From Smithellaceae bacterium (GTDB lineage Bacteria; Desulfobacterota; Syntrophia; Syntrophales; Smithellaceae): a stretch of 63,365 nt of DNA. Where the stretch lies: contig DAOTJI010000004.1 of NCBI GenBank assembly GCA_035448625.1, positions 1-63,365 of the forward strand, written 5' to 3'. The first letter of the stretch is position 1. Every line of letters begins with the position of its first letter. The notes under the pieces are model-generated. The model had not been told where the DNA came from and searched no databases. It was given only the letters and a program-made list of their open reading frames with translations. Positions 29,627-38,749 of this stretch are shown one piece after another. The position numbers and the translations under genes are program-made.

Positions 29627-30058
29627 ATGAAGATGCACAAGGCGCGCCGAAGGCAGTCCGAAAAAAGATCCATGGCGGAAATCAATGTTACGCCGCTCGT
29701 GGACGTAATGCTGGTGCTGCTGATCATCTTCATGGTCGCCGCACCGATGCTGTCCATGGGCATCGACGTCAATCTGCCGCGCGTCAAGTCAAAAAGCATC
29801 GATCTCGCCGAGGAAAAACTGATCCTGAGCATCAACGAAAACCGGGAAATCTACCTCAACAAAACCAGGCTGCCGGTGCAGGACCTGAACGCCAAGCTGG
29901 CGGCCATTTTCGCCGCGCGCATTGACCGGGAGGTTTTTCTGCGCGCCGATAAAAACGTTCCCTACGGCTTCGTGGTGGAAGTCATGTCTGAAATCCGCAA
30001 AGCGGGCGTCGATAAACTCGGCATGATCACCGAGCCGCCCCCCGAGGGCGCAAAATGA
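29627..30058 (+). CDS. tolR: TolR (ExbD/TolR family)
   Basis: INVTPLVDVMLVLLIIFMV TM with the conserved Asp, ~140 aa. Confidence 0.88.
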   Translation: MKMHKARRRQSEKRSMAEINVTPLVDVMLVLLIIFMVAAPMLSMGIDVNLPRVKSKSIDLAEEKLILSINENREIYLNKTRLPVQDLNAKLAAIFAARIDREVFLRADKNVPYGFVVEVMSEIRKAGVDKLGMITEPPPEGAK

Positions 30059-30777
30059 TGTCCCCGCTGCCCCTTAAAAGGTACTTCGGCAAAAACGGCA
30101 GCCCCGGCAACATGTTTCTGGCCTCATTGTTTCTTCACCTCGTGCTCATGGCCGCCGTTTTCGCAACGGTCCCCGGTTCATCAAAACCACTGACGTTCGG
30201 TGCGCCTTATTCCGTTTCGCTGGTCGGACCCGAGGTCATCCGGTCCGGCCATGAGGAGGCTCCGGATCAGAAAAGCCTTTCCAAAACAGGATCATCGACC
30301 GGCTCCGTCATTCTGAAACGCGATATCGGCGCTTCGCCTTCTTCGTTCGTCATGAAAAAAGACGACAGCGGCAGATCCGACGTCGAAAAAGCGATCCGCG
30401 CCATTCAACAGAAGGAAGCCGCTGATGGCAAAAATTTACCGGCGGCTTCAGCCATGTCGGGAACGGCGGCCTCGCCGGAATATGCATCGCGGTTGAACGA
30501 ATACAGCCGTCTGGTGTGGGCCAAAGTGAAAAGAAACTGGTCCCTGCCCGCCGCCCTGATGCCCAAAAAGAATGTGGAAGCGGTGATCGAAGTGCGTATT
30601 GCCCAAAACGGCGCGGTGGAGCACATCGGTTTCGAAAAAAGATCAGGCAACAGCTATTTTGATGAATCGGCTCTCCGCGCGATTCAAAAATCAACCCCCT
30701 TCCCGCCGCCCGGGGGATGGGTGTCCGGCCGCATAGTGGAAATCGGCATCCGGTTTCATTCCGCGGAACTGCGCTGA
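30055..30777 (+). CDS. tolA: TolA-position protein with a TonB-C-like C-terminal domain
   Basis: N-terminal TM, Ser/Pro-rich linker, and a C-terminal TonB_C-like fold (YFDESALRAIQKSTPFPPPP). Called from position between tolR and tolB. It lacks a long Ala/Lys helical domain. Confidence 0.7.
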   Translation: MMSPLPLKRYFGKNGSPGNMFLASLFLHLVLMAAVFATVPGSSKPLTFGAPYSVSLVGPEVIRSGHEEAPDQKSLSKTGSSTGSVILKRDIGASPSSFVMKKDDSGRSDVEKAIRAIQQKEAADGKNLPAASAMSGTAASPEYASRLNEYSRLVWAKVKRNWSLPAALMPKKNVEAVIEVRIAQNGAVEHIGFEKRSGNSYFDESALRAIQKSTPFPPPGGWVSGRIVEIGIRFHSAELR

Positions 30778-30804
30778 CGCACCCGTAGGCAAGGATCGTC
30801 ATCT

Positions 30805-32121
30805 ATGGATAAAAAATATCGCCTGGCGACAGGTTTGCTTCTCATCCCCTTGTGGATTTTCAGTACGGCCGGCTTCGCCGCCGCCAAGGTCTATATCGAC
30901 ATCGACGCGCCCGGTTTTCAGCAATTTCCCATTGCGATTTGCGATTTCCAAAGCCCCAAAGCGGGGGCGGGCGCCCTCCCGGAGGATCCCGCCGAAAGCG
31001 TCCGGCGCTATCTCGACCTGACGGGAATCTTTCGCATCCTGGACAAAAAAAGCTTCCTGGAAGGAGTTGAGCCGGGATCGCCGGAGGTTATCCGCTTTTC
31101 CGACTGGTCGGTGATCGGCGCCGATTTCTTGCTGCGGGGCCATCTGAAGCCGGCTGGTGCCGGCTGGTCCGCGGAAAGCCGGCTTTACGACGTCACGCGC
31201 GGAGAGGTGATTTTCGAAAAGAAATACCCGCTTACGGCCGGAAGCGCGCAGGCTCCGGGGCTCTCCATCGCATCGGACATCCTTCTGGCGCTGACCGGAG
31301 ATGAAGGAGACTTTCGCACCCAAATCGCTTTCGTGATCAAAAAAAAATCGGGGTCCGATATTTTCACCATGAACTATGACGCCTCCGACCTGAAAAACAT
31401 GACGAACGACCACAGCATTGTCGCTGCGCCCCGCTGGTCGCCGGACAGCCGGTATTTCGCTTTCACGTCGTACAAAAACGGCCGCCCCATGGTGTTTCTG
31501 CGCCACCTGAAAACCGGAAAAGAAAAAGTCATCGCTTCTTTCCCCGGCCTCAATCTGTGCGGTTCCTTCTCGCCGGACGGCAAAAAAATCCTGCTGACGC
31601 TGAGCAAGGACGGAAACGAAGAAATTTACGCCCTGGAAATCGAAACGATGCATCTGAAGCGGTTGACGAACAGTTATTCGATCGACGTTTCTCCCGCCTG
31701 GTCCCCGGACGGCCGTAAAATCGCCTTTGTATCCAACCGCTCCGGTTCACCGCAGATCTTCGTCATGGACGCGGACGGAGAAAACGTAAAACGGATCACC
31801 TTCGAAGGCAGCTACAACACTTCTCCATCCTGGTCTCCCCGGGGGGGAAGAATCGCCTATGAAGGCCTGATCAACCGGAAGTATCAGATTTTCTCCGTGG
31901 ATGAGGAGGGCAACAACCTGATTCAGCTGACCTTCGACGATGCGGACAACGAGTATCCCTCCTGGTCCCCCTCCGGCCGGCAGATTGTTTTCCACTCCCG
32001 GCAAAGCGGCAAAAGCCGCCTCTGCATCATGAACGCCAACGGGATGAACCTCCGGGTTCTGAAGGAAAGCAGGGACTTTCTGGTGATGCCGTCATGGTCC
32101 CCAAGGTCCGGGGAACGTTAA
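30805..32121 (+). CDS. tolB: TolB periplasmic beta-propeller protein
   Basis: Signal peptide and repeated WSPDG blades. Confidence 0.93.
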   Translation: MDKKYRLATGLLLIPLWIFSTAGFAAAKVYIDIDAPGFQQFPIAICDFQSPKAGAGALPEDPAESVRRYLDLTGIFRILDKKSFLEGVEPGSPEVIRFSDWSVIGADFLLRGHLKPAGAGWSAESRLYDVTRGEVIFEKKYPLTAGSAQAPGLSIASDILLALTGDEGDFRTQIAFVIKKKSGSDIFTMNYDASDLKNMTNDHSIVAAPRWSPDSRYFAFTSYKNGRPMVFLRHLKTGKEKVIASFPGLNLCGSFSPDGKKILLTLSKDGNEEIYALEIETMHLKRLTNSYSIDVSPAWSPDGRKIAFVSNRSGSPQIFVMDADGENVKRITFEGSYNTSPSWSPRGGRIAYEGLINRKYQIFSVDEEGNNLIQLTFDDADNEYPSWSPSGRQIVFHSRQSGKSRLCIMNANGMNLRVLKESRDFLVMPSWSPRSGER

Positions 32122-32137
32122 GATTCCATAATTTTTA

Positions 32138-32166
32138 TTGACGGAAGGCCGTAAGTTATGTTTTAA
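32138..32166 (+). promoter_or_regulatory. Candidate internal promoter for pal-cpoB (TTGACG-17/18 nt-TTTAAT)
   Basis: TTGACG at 32138-43 and TTTTAAT at 32161-67, within the 91-nt tolB-pal gap. Confidence 0.35.
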
Positions 32167-32212
32167 TCCGCGGAAATTCCGACATACCATCAAATAACGA
32201 AAGGAGAACATC

Positions 32213-32851
32213 ATGAAGAAGCATTTTACTGCAATAGGATTACTTCTGATTTTAGTCTTCAGTTTAACCATATTCAGCGGTTGCGCGGAAAAAAAGGCGG
32301 TGGTGAAGGATGAGACGGCGATACAGGAACAGAAGGTGGCGGCTGCGCAGCAAGGCGCTCCGGCGGCCGTAACGACCGACGATGAGGCCGCCCAGAAAGC
32401 CAAGGAAGCCGCCGACCGGGAAGCCGCTCTGAAGGAACAGGCAGCCAAAGAAGAAGCAGCCAAAAAAGCGGCGGCGGCCCGCGCGGCCTGGGCCAAAAAG
32501 AACGCGGAGGCTCTGCTGGATCTGAACCTGCAGAACGTTTACTTTGACTACGACAAATCCAGCATCCGGCCGGACGCGCGAGAAATTCTGAAAGCCAACG
32601 CTGAAATCTTCACCAAAAACAGCTCCGCGAAAATCGTCGTCGAGGGGCACTGCGACGAAAGAGGAACGGCCGAATACAACATGGCCCTGGGTGAAAGACG
32701 CGCGCAGGAAGTCAAACAGTACCTGGTCAATCTGGGCATAGACGCTTCCCGGATTGAAACCATCAGCTACGGAAAGGAACGCCCGCTGGACAATCGCAGC
32801 ATTGAGGAAGCCTGGGCGTTGAACCGACGGGCGCAGTTCCTGTTAAAATAA
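32213..32851 (+). CDS. pal: Peptidoglycan-associated lipoprotein Pal (OmpA-C domain)
   Basis: Lipobox FSGC, Ala/Lys/Glu-rich linker, and an OmpA-like domain (VVEGHCDERGTAEYNMALGERRA, NRRAQF). Confidence 0.9.
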   Translation: MKKHFTAIGLLLILVFSLTIFSGCAEKKAVVKDETAIQEQKVAAAQQGAPAAVTTDDEAAQKAKEAADREAALKEQAAKEEAAKKAAAARAAWAKKNAEALLDLNLQNVYFDYDKSSIRPDAREILKANAEIFTKNSSAKIVVEGHCDERGTAEYNMALGERRAQEVKQYLVNLGIDASRIETISYGKERPLDNRSIEEAWALNRRAQFLLK

Positions 32852-32867
32852 CCGGGTCTGCAACAAA

Positions 32868-33701
32868 ATGATGTTTTTGAAACGCTTCGGGTATTTCATA
32901 CTGCCGGTGATGGCGCTGTCCCTCGCCGCATGCGCGACTTCTTCGGATTTAAAGGAGCTCCGCATGGAGCTGAACCGGCAGATGGAAGCAAAATTTGCCG
33001 AGGCGGACACCCGGTTGGACGAACGGGTGTCCGCCCTGCAGAAAGCGCAGGCGAAAAACACCGAAGATCTGGCCGGCCTGCGCAAGACGAACGCCAACAC
33101 CAGCGCCAATTTCTCGGACCTGCGCGAGCAGGTGCAGCAGCTCAGGGGCCAGGTCGAGACCCTGAAGAAGGAAATCAGCCGGGATCCCAAGAAAGACGCG
33201 GAAGTTCAGGAAAAAATCGACCACCTGCTGGTGAAAATCAATTTCATCGAAAACTTCCTGGAAATCGGGAAAAAAGAATCGGCCAACGCCGCAGACGGCG
33301 GCGCTTCCGGCAAGGATTCGGGAAAACAGGGCAAGGCCGCGGTCTATGCGGCGGCGTACCAGACCTTCAAGAACGGCCATTACACGAAAGCCCGGGAGGC
33401 TTTTCAGGACTTTTTGACGTCGTATCCCACCGGCGAGTATTCCGACAATGCCCAGTTCTGGATCGGCGAGTGCCATTTCTTTGAAAAAAACTATGAAAAA
33501 GCCATTCTGGAATACGAAAAAGTAACCAAAAAATTCCCCAGCAGCAACAAAGTGCCCTACGCGCTTCTAAAGCAGGGCATCTGTTTTCAAAACCTGGGCG
33601 ACAAGACCAGCGCCAGACTTCTTTTGCAGCAGGTCATCAAGGATTATCCCAATACCAGCCAGGCCAGAATCGCCCGCTCCAAACTTCAGGAAATCAAATA
33701 G
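32868..33701 (+). CDS. cpoB: Tol-Pal system protein CpoB/YbgF (coiled coil + TPR)
   Basis: Signal/lipobox LAAC, N-terminal coiled coil, and C-terminal TPR (AQFWIGECHF, ALLKQGICF). Lies after pal. Confidence 0.85.
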   Translation: MMFLKRFGYFILPVMALSLAACATSSDLKELRMELNRQMEAKFAEADTRLDERVSALQKAQAKNTEDLAGLRKTNANTSANFSDLREQVQQLRGQVETLKKEISRDPKKDAEVQEKIDHLLVKINFIENFLEIGKKESANAADGGASGKDSGKQGKAAVYAAAYQTFKNGHYTKAREAFQDFLTSYPTGEYSDNAQFWIGECHFFEKNYEKAILEYEKVTKKFPSSNKVPYALLKQGICFQNLGDKTSARLLLQQVIKDYPNTSQARIARSKLQEIK

Positions 33702-33753
33702 GAACGCGAATTTTTCCCGGCGGCGGGCACTTTTTGCAACCATCGCCGCGGTT

Positions 33754-34545
33754 TCAATCCAAACGGATGATTTTCACGCCGTCCGGAGCCGGCATCGTAA
33801 ACACCGACCGATCCGACGGCGGCTCGATCTTCAGATCGGAGTATTCCACCGACGCGGACGTCGCCCCGTCCGCCCATTGAATGATCATCTTACCGGCCAG
33901 GGCAAGCCCCGGCCGGTAATCCTCATACCGCACCGAATAGATTTCTTTTCCATCCGGACCATAACGGACGAGCCTCTTCAACTGTCCGTTTCTTTCCATC
34001 CAGATCGTTTGCGAAGGTCCCGAGACCGTTTTCATGTCCACGCGCAGGCCCCCGTCCTCCGCACAATGACCGTAGGATACACCGGCCGCGTCGAGGCGCG
34101 GGTACGAGCCGGAAAGAATCATCACCAGATCTTCAAGATCAAGCGTCCAGGGTAAGAAGCGGGTCATGTTTCGAGCGGATGGACTTCCCGCATAAAATTC
34201 ATTCTGCGACGGAATCCATATCCTCATCTCTTCGGGCGACGCGCTGAGAAAAAAATCAGGCGTGCCGATCACCGGGAGCACCTCCAGACGGAGATAGGAA
34301 GGCCTCTGCAAAATCAGAGCGGCCCGGAGCGGATAATGCCCCTGAGCCGTGGACAGGTCTATCCGCGCCGTGGCGACCACCCTGCCCATTTCTCCATGAG
34401 ACTGCCCGATCATCTCCGCGGAGCCCGGAGATACCGCGGGTTCCGTCCATACGCGTCCGGCTGCGCATCCGCAAACCAGAAGCGACAGGAACCATATTCC
34501 CATGATCCCGGCGGCGGGAGCATATCCATAACGCATGCGGCACAT
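33754..34545 (-). CDS. Lipoprotein, LolB/DUF4292-like (tentative)
   Basis: Start at MCRMRYGYAP, lipobox LVCGC, ~260 aa predicted beta-rich. Family assignment is from size, lipobox and position after the TPR lipoprotein only. Confidence 0.45.
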   Translation of the reverse strand: MCRMRYGYAPAAGIMGIWFLSLLVCGCAAGRVWTEPAVSPGSAEMIGQSHGEMGRVVATARIDLSTAQGHYPLRAALILQRPSYLRLEVLPVIGTPDFFLSASPEEMRIWIPSQNEFYAGSPSARNMTRFLPWTLDLEDLVMILSGSYPRLDAAGVSYGHCAEDGGLRVDMKTVSGPSQTIWMERNGQLKRLVRYGPDGKEIYSVRYEDYRPGLALAGKMIIQWADGATSASVEYSDLKIEPPSDRSVFTMPAPDGVKIIRLD

Positions 34546-34577
34546 CCTGAGCGGGTTGGACGCGGATAACGGCGGCT

Positions 34578-36278
34578 CTAAGGTTTCAAAAGTTCCATCT
34601 TGTTCTTCAGGCGGCGGTTGTCCGGATCCTTCTTCATGGCCTTCCGGTACCATTCCAGCGCCTCTTCCCGGCGGCCGGCTTCGAAATAAACATCCCCCAG
34701 ATGCTCCATGATGCTGGGATCCTCCGGCAGAAACTCCAGGGCTTTCTTCAGGTATGTGAGGGCGCTTTCGTGGTTGTTCTTCTTGAAATGCACCCACCCC
34801 ATGGAGTCCAGAATGTAGCCGTTGTCCGGTTTGATTTTCAATGCCTGAGCGATCATTTGCTCGGCCTCGTCCAGGTGAATCCCCCGGTCGGCATAGCTGT
34901 AGCCGATAAAGTTGAGGGCATCGGCATTGCCCGGATCGATGACCAGCACCTGTTTCATGGATTGAATGCTTTCCTCGAAGCGGCCCGTTTTCTCCAGCAG
35001 CACTCCCAGAAGGTAATGCAGGTCCGTATCGCGGGGAAAAAGCCCGATGCCTTCCCGAACCGTTCTTTCCGCCGCGGCCATATCTTTATTTTCTTCATAC
35101 AGCGACGACAGATACAGGTACAGCACGGCCTGGTCTTTCCTTTGTCCGATGGCCCGGCGGATGACCCCGACCGCGCCCGTGGAATCTCCTTCCATCTTCA
35201 TCAGCTTGGCCGCCTGAATCTGGGCATTGGCATACAATTCAAATTTCGGGGAGATCTTCTGATACTCGACCAGGGCCTTGGGCCGATCGCCTTTTTGCTC
35301 CAGAACGCTGGCCAGCAGGTACCGCAGCTTGTCGTCGCCGGGTGTTTTCTCCAAAAGCAGAAGGAACCGGTCGGCCGCCTCGTCATACCGGCGCATATCA
35401 TAATACAAAAGCCCCAGGGCTATGAGCACTTCCCGGCTGTCGGGGTTGATCTTCAGCACTTCCCGCAGATCCTTTTCCGCCGCTTCCGCCCGGTTCGCTT
35501 TCATCTGCAGTTCCGCGATTTTCACGCGGATGCCGATCCGGGCGGGATGGATCTCCAGATAGCGCCGGTAAACGCCGATGGCCTCATCATACCGGTTCCG
35601 GCTTTCATACAATGCGGCAAGACCCGTCCAGGCCGCTTCAAAGGCCGGCCTTTGCGAGATGATTTTCTGATAGAGCCTCTCCGCATCCGCCGCGCGGTCC
35701 ATCTGGCTCAGGGTTTTGGCGTAATAAAACATCCCGATGATGTGATCGGGATCCAGCGCCAGCAATTTCCGGTAGGCCTGTTCGGCTTCGTCATATTTCT
35801 TTTCCTGGCTGTAAATCGTCGCCAGATAAAGATAGGCGACGGTATTGGCCGGATCCATTTCCGTGACGGTTTGATATTGCCGGATGGCTTTGTCGTATTC
35901 GCGCAGATTGAAATACAGGCCGCCCATAATGGAACGAAGTTCGATATTGCCGGGTTGCGTCGGCAGGAGCGCCTCGCCGAGCGCGAGGGCCTGATCGACA
36001 TCGCCGTTTTCAACATACAGCGAGACGAGCTCGGTATTCAAGTAAGGCGAACCGGGAGCAAAGGCGAGCGCACGCTTCATGTGATCGATGGATTCGGCCG
36101 GACGACCATCCAGCCTGGACAACACGGCCAGGGAATAATGGTAGGCGGCCTCTTTGGAATACGTCTCCGGGGCGGGGCCTGGCGCCGTTTGGGGTCGGGC
36201 GGGAAAAGAAGCGCAGCCGGCAAGCATCGCCCAAAGCAGCAATCCGCCGATCAGAAAAGGAATGAGTTTTTTTTGCAT
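34578..36278 (-). CDS. TPR-repeat lipoprotein
   Basis: Lipobox LAGC followed by more than 12 tandem TPR-like 34-aa units (repeated A..Y..AL..DP patterns). Confidence 0.8.
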   Translation of the reverse strand: MQKKLIPFLIGGLLLWAMLAGCASFPARPQTAPGPAPETYSKEAAYHYSLAVLSRLDGRPAESIDHMKRALAFAPGSPYLNTELVSLYVENGDVDQALALGEALLPTQPGNIELRSIMGGLYFNLREYDKAIRQYQTVTEMDPANTVAYLYLATIYSQEKKYDEAEQAYRKLLALDPDHIIGMFYYAKTLSQMDRAADAERLYQKIISQRPAFEAAWTGLAALYESRNRYDEAIGVYRRYLEIHPARIGIRVKIAELQMKANRAEAAEKDLREVLKINPDSREVLIALGLLYYDMRRYDEAADRFLLLLEKTPGDDKLRYLLASVLEQKGDRPKALVEYQKISPKFELYANAQIQAAKLMKMEGDSTGAVGVIRRAIGQRKDQAVLYLYLSSLYEENKDMAAAERTVREGIGLFPRDTDLHYLLGVLLEKTGRFEESIQSMKQVLVIDPGNADALNFIGYSYADRGIHLDEAEQMIAQALKIKPDNGYILDSMGWVHFKKNNHESALTYLKKALEFLPEDPSIMEHLGDVYFEAGRREEALEWYRKAMKKDPDNRRLKNKMELLKP

Positions 36279-36325
36279 AGGAGACGATTGCTTTCGCTTT
36301 TCGCTTTCGGGAAAATCCAGCGTTT

Positions 36326-37282
36326 TCAGGATGCCCCTTCCGGCTTCGGTTCCCCGAGCAACGACGACACGGGAACGATCGTGATTCCCTGTTCCCGGTA
36401 GACTTTGCTGGCATCCCGGACGGCCCGAATGGTTTCAGGATAGGGATGGCCGATCACGATAAGCGGCGCGTTTCCGTCCGATGTCCGGGCCGCCTCCATG
36501 AGAATCCGGTAAATCCTGGAATAGTCCCGTTCATTGTCCAGAAAGATTTTTCTGGACGCAACGGTCAGACCGGTCCTGCGCGCCGCCGATTCCGTCTTCG
36601 AATTCCCGGTGGTCCGGGAATCAATAAAAAAAAGATGGTTTTTTTTCAACTCACGAAAAACCAGCGTCAGCTTTTCCTCGTCCGCCATGAATTTGGACCC
36701 CATGTGATTGTTGACGCCGGCGGCATACGGCACGGACGCCTGGTTTCGCTCCAGTTGAAAGAGGATCTCCTGATCGTTCATATCCGTAAAAAGAGCGCCG
36801 CTGCCCGGTTTTTCCTTCGGATAGGAAAGAGGTTCCATGGGTTGATGCAGAAGCACTTCACGATCGGCCCGATGAATCGCTTCCGCGGCTTCCCGTGAAT
36901 GGGGAAGAAGCGGCAAAACGGCAAATGTGATGTTCGCGTCAATAGCCAGCAGTTCACGCACCGGCTTCATGTCCTGGCCGATATCATCGATAATGACGGC
37001 CACCTGCCGGCTGACCGGTCGGGGCGGAACGGCCTTGGCCAGCAGAGCGCCTTCCTTGCTTCCGCCGCCTTCGGACGGCGCGGCGTCTTTTGCCCCGCGG
37101 GTCCGTTCTTTCTGCGCAGTCCGGCCGTCGGCGGAAGGCTTTGCCTGTTTTTTCGCCAAACGCGGCGTCTCGTCTTTTGCCGTTTCTTCACGATCCGACA
37201 GGACCATGAAAGTGATGGCCCCCAGCGCCAAAACGATCAGAACGACCAGAACGGTCGTCGCCCTGTTGATCTTTTTCTTCAT
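36326..37282 (-). CDS. Divergent polysaccharide deacetylase family protein (YibQ-like)
   Basis: N-terminal TM plus low-complexity linker, then VAVIIDDIGQD...FAVLP...HQPMEP motifs typical of YibQ/DUF610. Confidence 0.8.
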   Translation of the reverse strand: MKKKINRATTVLVVLIVLALGAITFMVLSDREETAKDETPRLAKKQAKPSADGRTAQKERTRGAKDAAPSEGGGSKEGALLAKAVPPRPVSRQVAVIIDDIGQDMKPVRELLAIDANITFAVLPLLPHSREAAEAIHRADREVLLHQPMEPLSYPKEKPGSGALFTDMNDQEILFQLERNQASVPYAAGVNNHMGSKFMADEEKLTLVFRELKKNHLFFIDSRTTGNSKTESAARRTGLTVASRKIFLDNERDYSRIYRILMEAARTSDGNAPLIVIGHPYPETIRAVRDASKVYREQGITIVPVSSLLGEPKPEGAS

Positions 37283-37316
37283 CGCCGTCCGTCTTCGAAA
37301 CCCGGGATCCGCATGC

Positions 37317-38633
37317 TCATTTGGGCAGATTTTTCTTCATGATATCCCAGCTTTTCAAAATATCGATCGCCGTCTTGAGCTGATTGTCCCGGGCCAGATC
37401 GGCTGTTTCTCTGGGATTTCCGTTTTTGTCGTCGGGATGCGCCGCATCCTCTTTGTCCGGTTTGATGTGCCCTTTGAGATCCTTTTCCCGAAGCCTTTCC
37501 CCCGCAAGGTTCTCCGGTTCTTCCAAGGACCGCACCGGTTTGACGACGATATCCGGTTGAATGCCTTCGGCCTGAATGGATCTGCCCTTGGGCGTATAGT
37601 ACCGGGCCGTCGTCAATTTCAGCGCGGAACCGTCCTCCAGGGGAATGACGGTCTGCACGGACGCCTTTCCGAAAGTCTGCGTCCCCACGATCAGCGCCCG
37701 GCCGTTGTCCTGCAGGGCGCCCGCCACAATCTCCGCCGCGCTGGCCGTGCCTTCATTCACCAGAACGACGACGGGCACGATGACTTCCTTATCGCCGTCG
37801 TCGCGCGCCGTGGTTTTGGTCTCCATCTTTTTCGTCCGGCCGCGGGTGGACACGATGACGCCCGACTTCAGAAACATGTCGGACACCTCGATGGCCTGCG
37901 TCAAAAGCCCGCCCGGATCATTGCGCAGATCCAGCACGAGCCCTTTCATGGGCTTGGTTTTTAGAGCCACGTCGTCCAGCGCTTTGCGCAGGTCATGCGC
38001 GGTCCGCTCGTGGAAAGAGGCGATCCGGATGTAGCCGATATGATCGTCAAAGGTCTTTGCCCGTACGCTTTTCACCTGAATCACGGCGCGGGTCAGCGTG
38101 ATGTCCTTCGGCTGGACCATGTTTTCCCGCAGAATCGTGATGGTCACCTTGGTATCTTTCGGGCCGCGCAGTTTTTTCACGGCCTCCATGATCGTTATGT
38201 CTTTTGTGGATTTGCCGTCAATCTTGATGATCGAATCGCCGGGTTTCACGCCCGCTTTGAACGCCGGCGTGTCTTCAATGGGGGACACCACCGTCAGCAC
38301 ATCCTTCAGGATGGTAATTTCAATGCCGATCCCGCCGAAGCGGCCCTGCGTTTCGACTTCCAGTTCCTTGTAAAGCTCGGGCGTCATGAATGCACTGTGC
38401 GGATCGAGGGCCTTGATCATGCCGTTGATCGCACCCTGGATCAGCACCGACGAATCGATGTCGTCCACATAGTTCTTTTGAACCATGTCCAGCACTTCGT
38501 TGAAGGTTTTGATCTCCTTGTATATGTTTTTGTCCCGCGCGGAGACCTTGCTGTCGGAATACGGACCGAAGAAGGCAAAAAGCCCGAAGAGGATCACGGC
38601 CAACACCGGCCACTTAGAGGAAATATTTTTCAT
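37317..38633 (-). CDS. Carboxy-terminal processing protease (S41 family, Ctp/Prc-like) with a PDZ domain
   Basis: PDZ segment (GGIGIEI...VVSPIEDTPAFKAGVKPGD) and the S41 catalytic region NEGTASAAEI. Start at MKNISSKW (ATG 38633). Confidence 0.9.
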   Translation of the reverse strand: MKNISSKWPVLAVILFGLFAFFGPYSDSKVSARDKNIYKEIKTFNEVLDMVQKNYVDDIDSSVLIQGAINGMIKALDPHSAFMTPELYKELEVETQGRFGGIGIEITILKDVLTVVSPIEDTPAFKAGVKPGDSIIKIDGKSTKDITIMEAVKKLRGPKDTKVTITILRENMVQPKDITLTRAVIQVKSVRAKTFDDHIGYIRIASFHERTAHDLRKALDDVALKTKPMKGLVLDLRNDPGGLLTQAIEVSDMFLKSGVIVSTRGRTKKMETKTTARDDGDKEVIVPVVVLVNEGTASAAEIVAGALQDNGRALIVGTQTFGKASVQTVIPLEDGSALKLTTARYYTPKGRSIQAEGIQPDIVVKPVRSLEEPENLAGERLREKDLKGHIKPDKEDAAHPDDKNGNPRETADLARDNQLKTAIDILKSWDIMKKNLPK

Positions 38634-38696
38634 GCTCTGCCTCACTGTCCGGAGAAGATGGTATCGCACGCAAATATGATGATCGCCATGAACGGC

Positions 38697-38707
38697 ATTA
38701 TATACCA
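38697..38707 (-). promoter_or_regulatory. Candidate extended -10 (TGGTATATAAT) for the ctp gene
   Basis: Minus strand TGGTATATAAT at 38707..38697, about 65 nt upstream of the ATG at 38633. No clear -35. Confidence 0.35.
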
Positions 38708-38749
38708 CTCCTTTTTTTCTTTTCCATCTATTTTGACGAAAAACAAGCC

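Noticed and set aside
32330-32500. Apparent repetitive Ala/Lys/Glu-rich stretch in pal, with a long antisense ORF at 32092..32496
   Set aside because: This is a low-complexity linker of the Pal lipoprotein, not a DNA tandem repeat or a separate gene.
34701-36401. 566-aa plus-strand ORF mirroring the TPR lipoprotein gene
   Set aside because: It is antisense to a gene with a clear lipobox and TPR periodicity, and its own translation is low-complexity. Likewise 21261..22430, 28184..28816, 28954..29835, 30799..31653, 38861..39742, 40213..41322, 43199..44281, 44675..45775, 47095..48231, 49079..50365, 51460..52359, 57086..58033, 58785..59642, 60417..61835 and 62406..63209.
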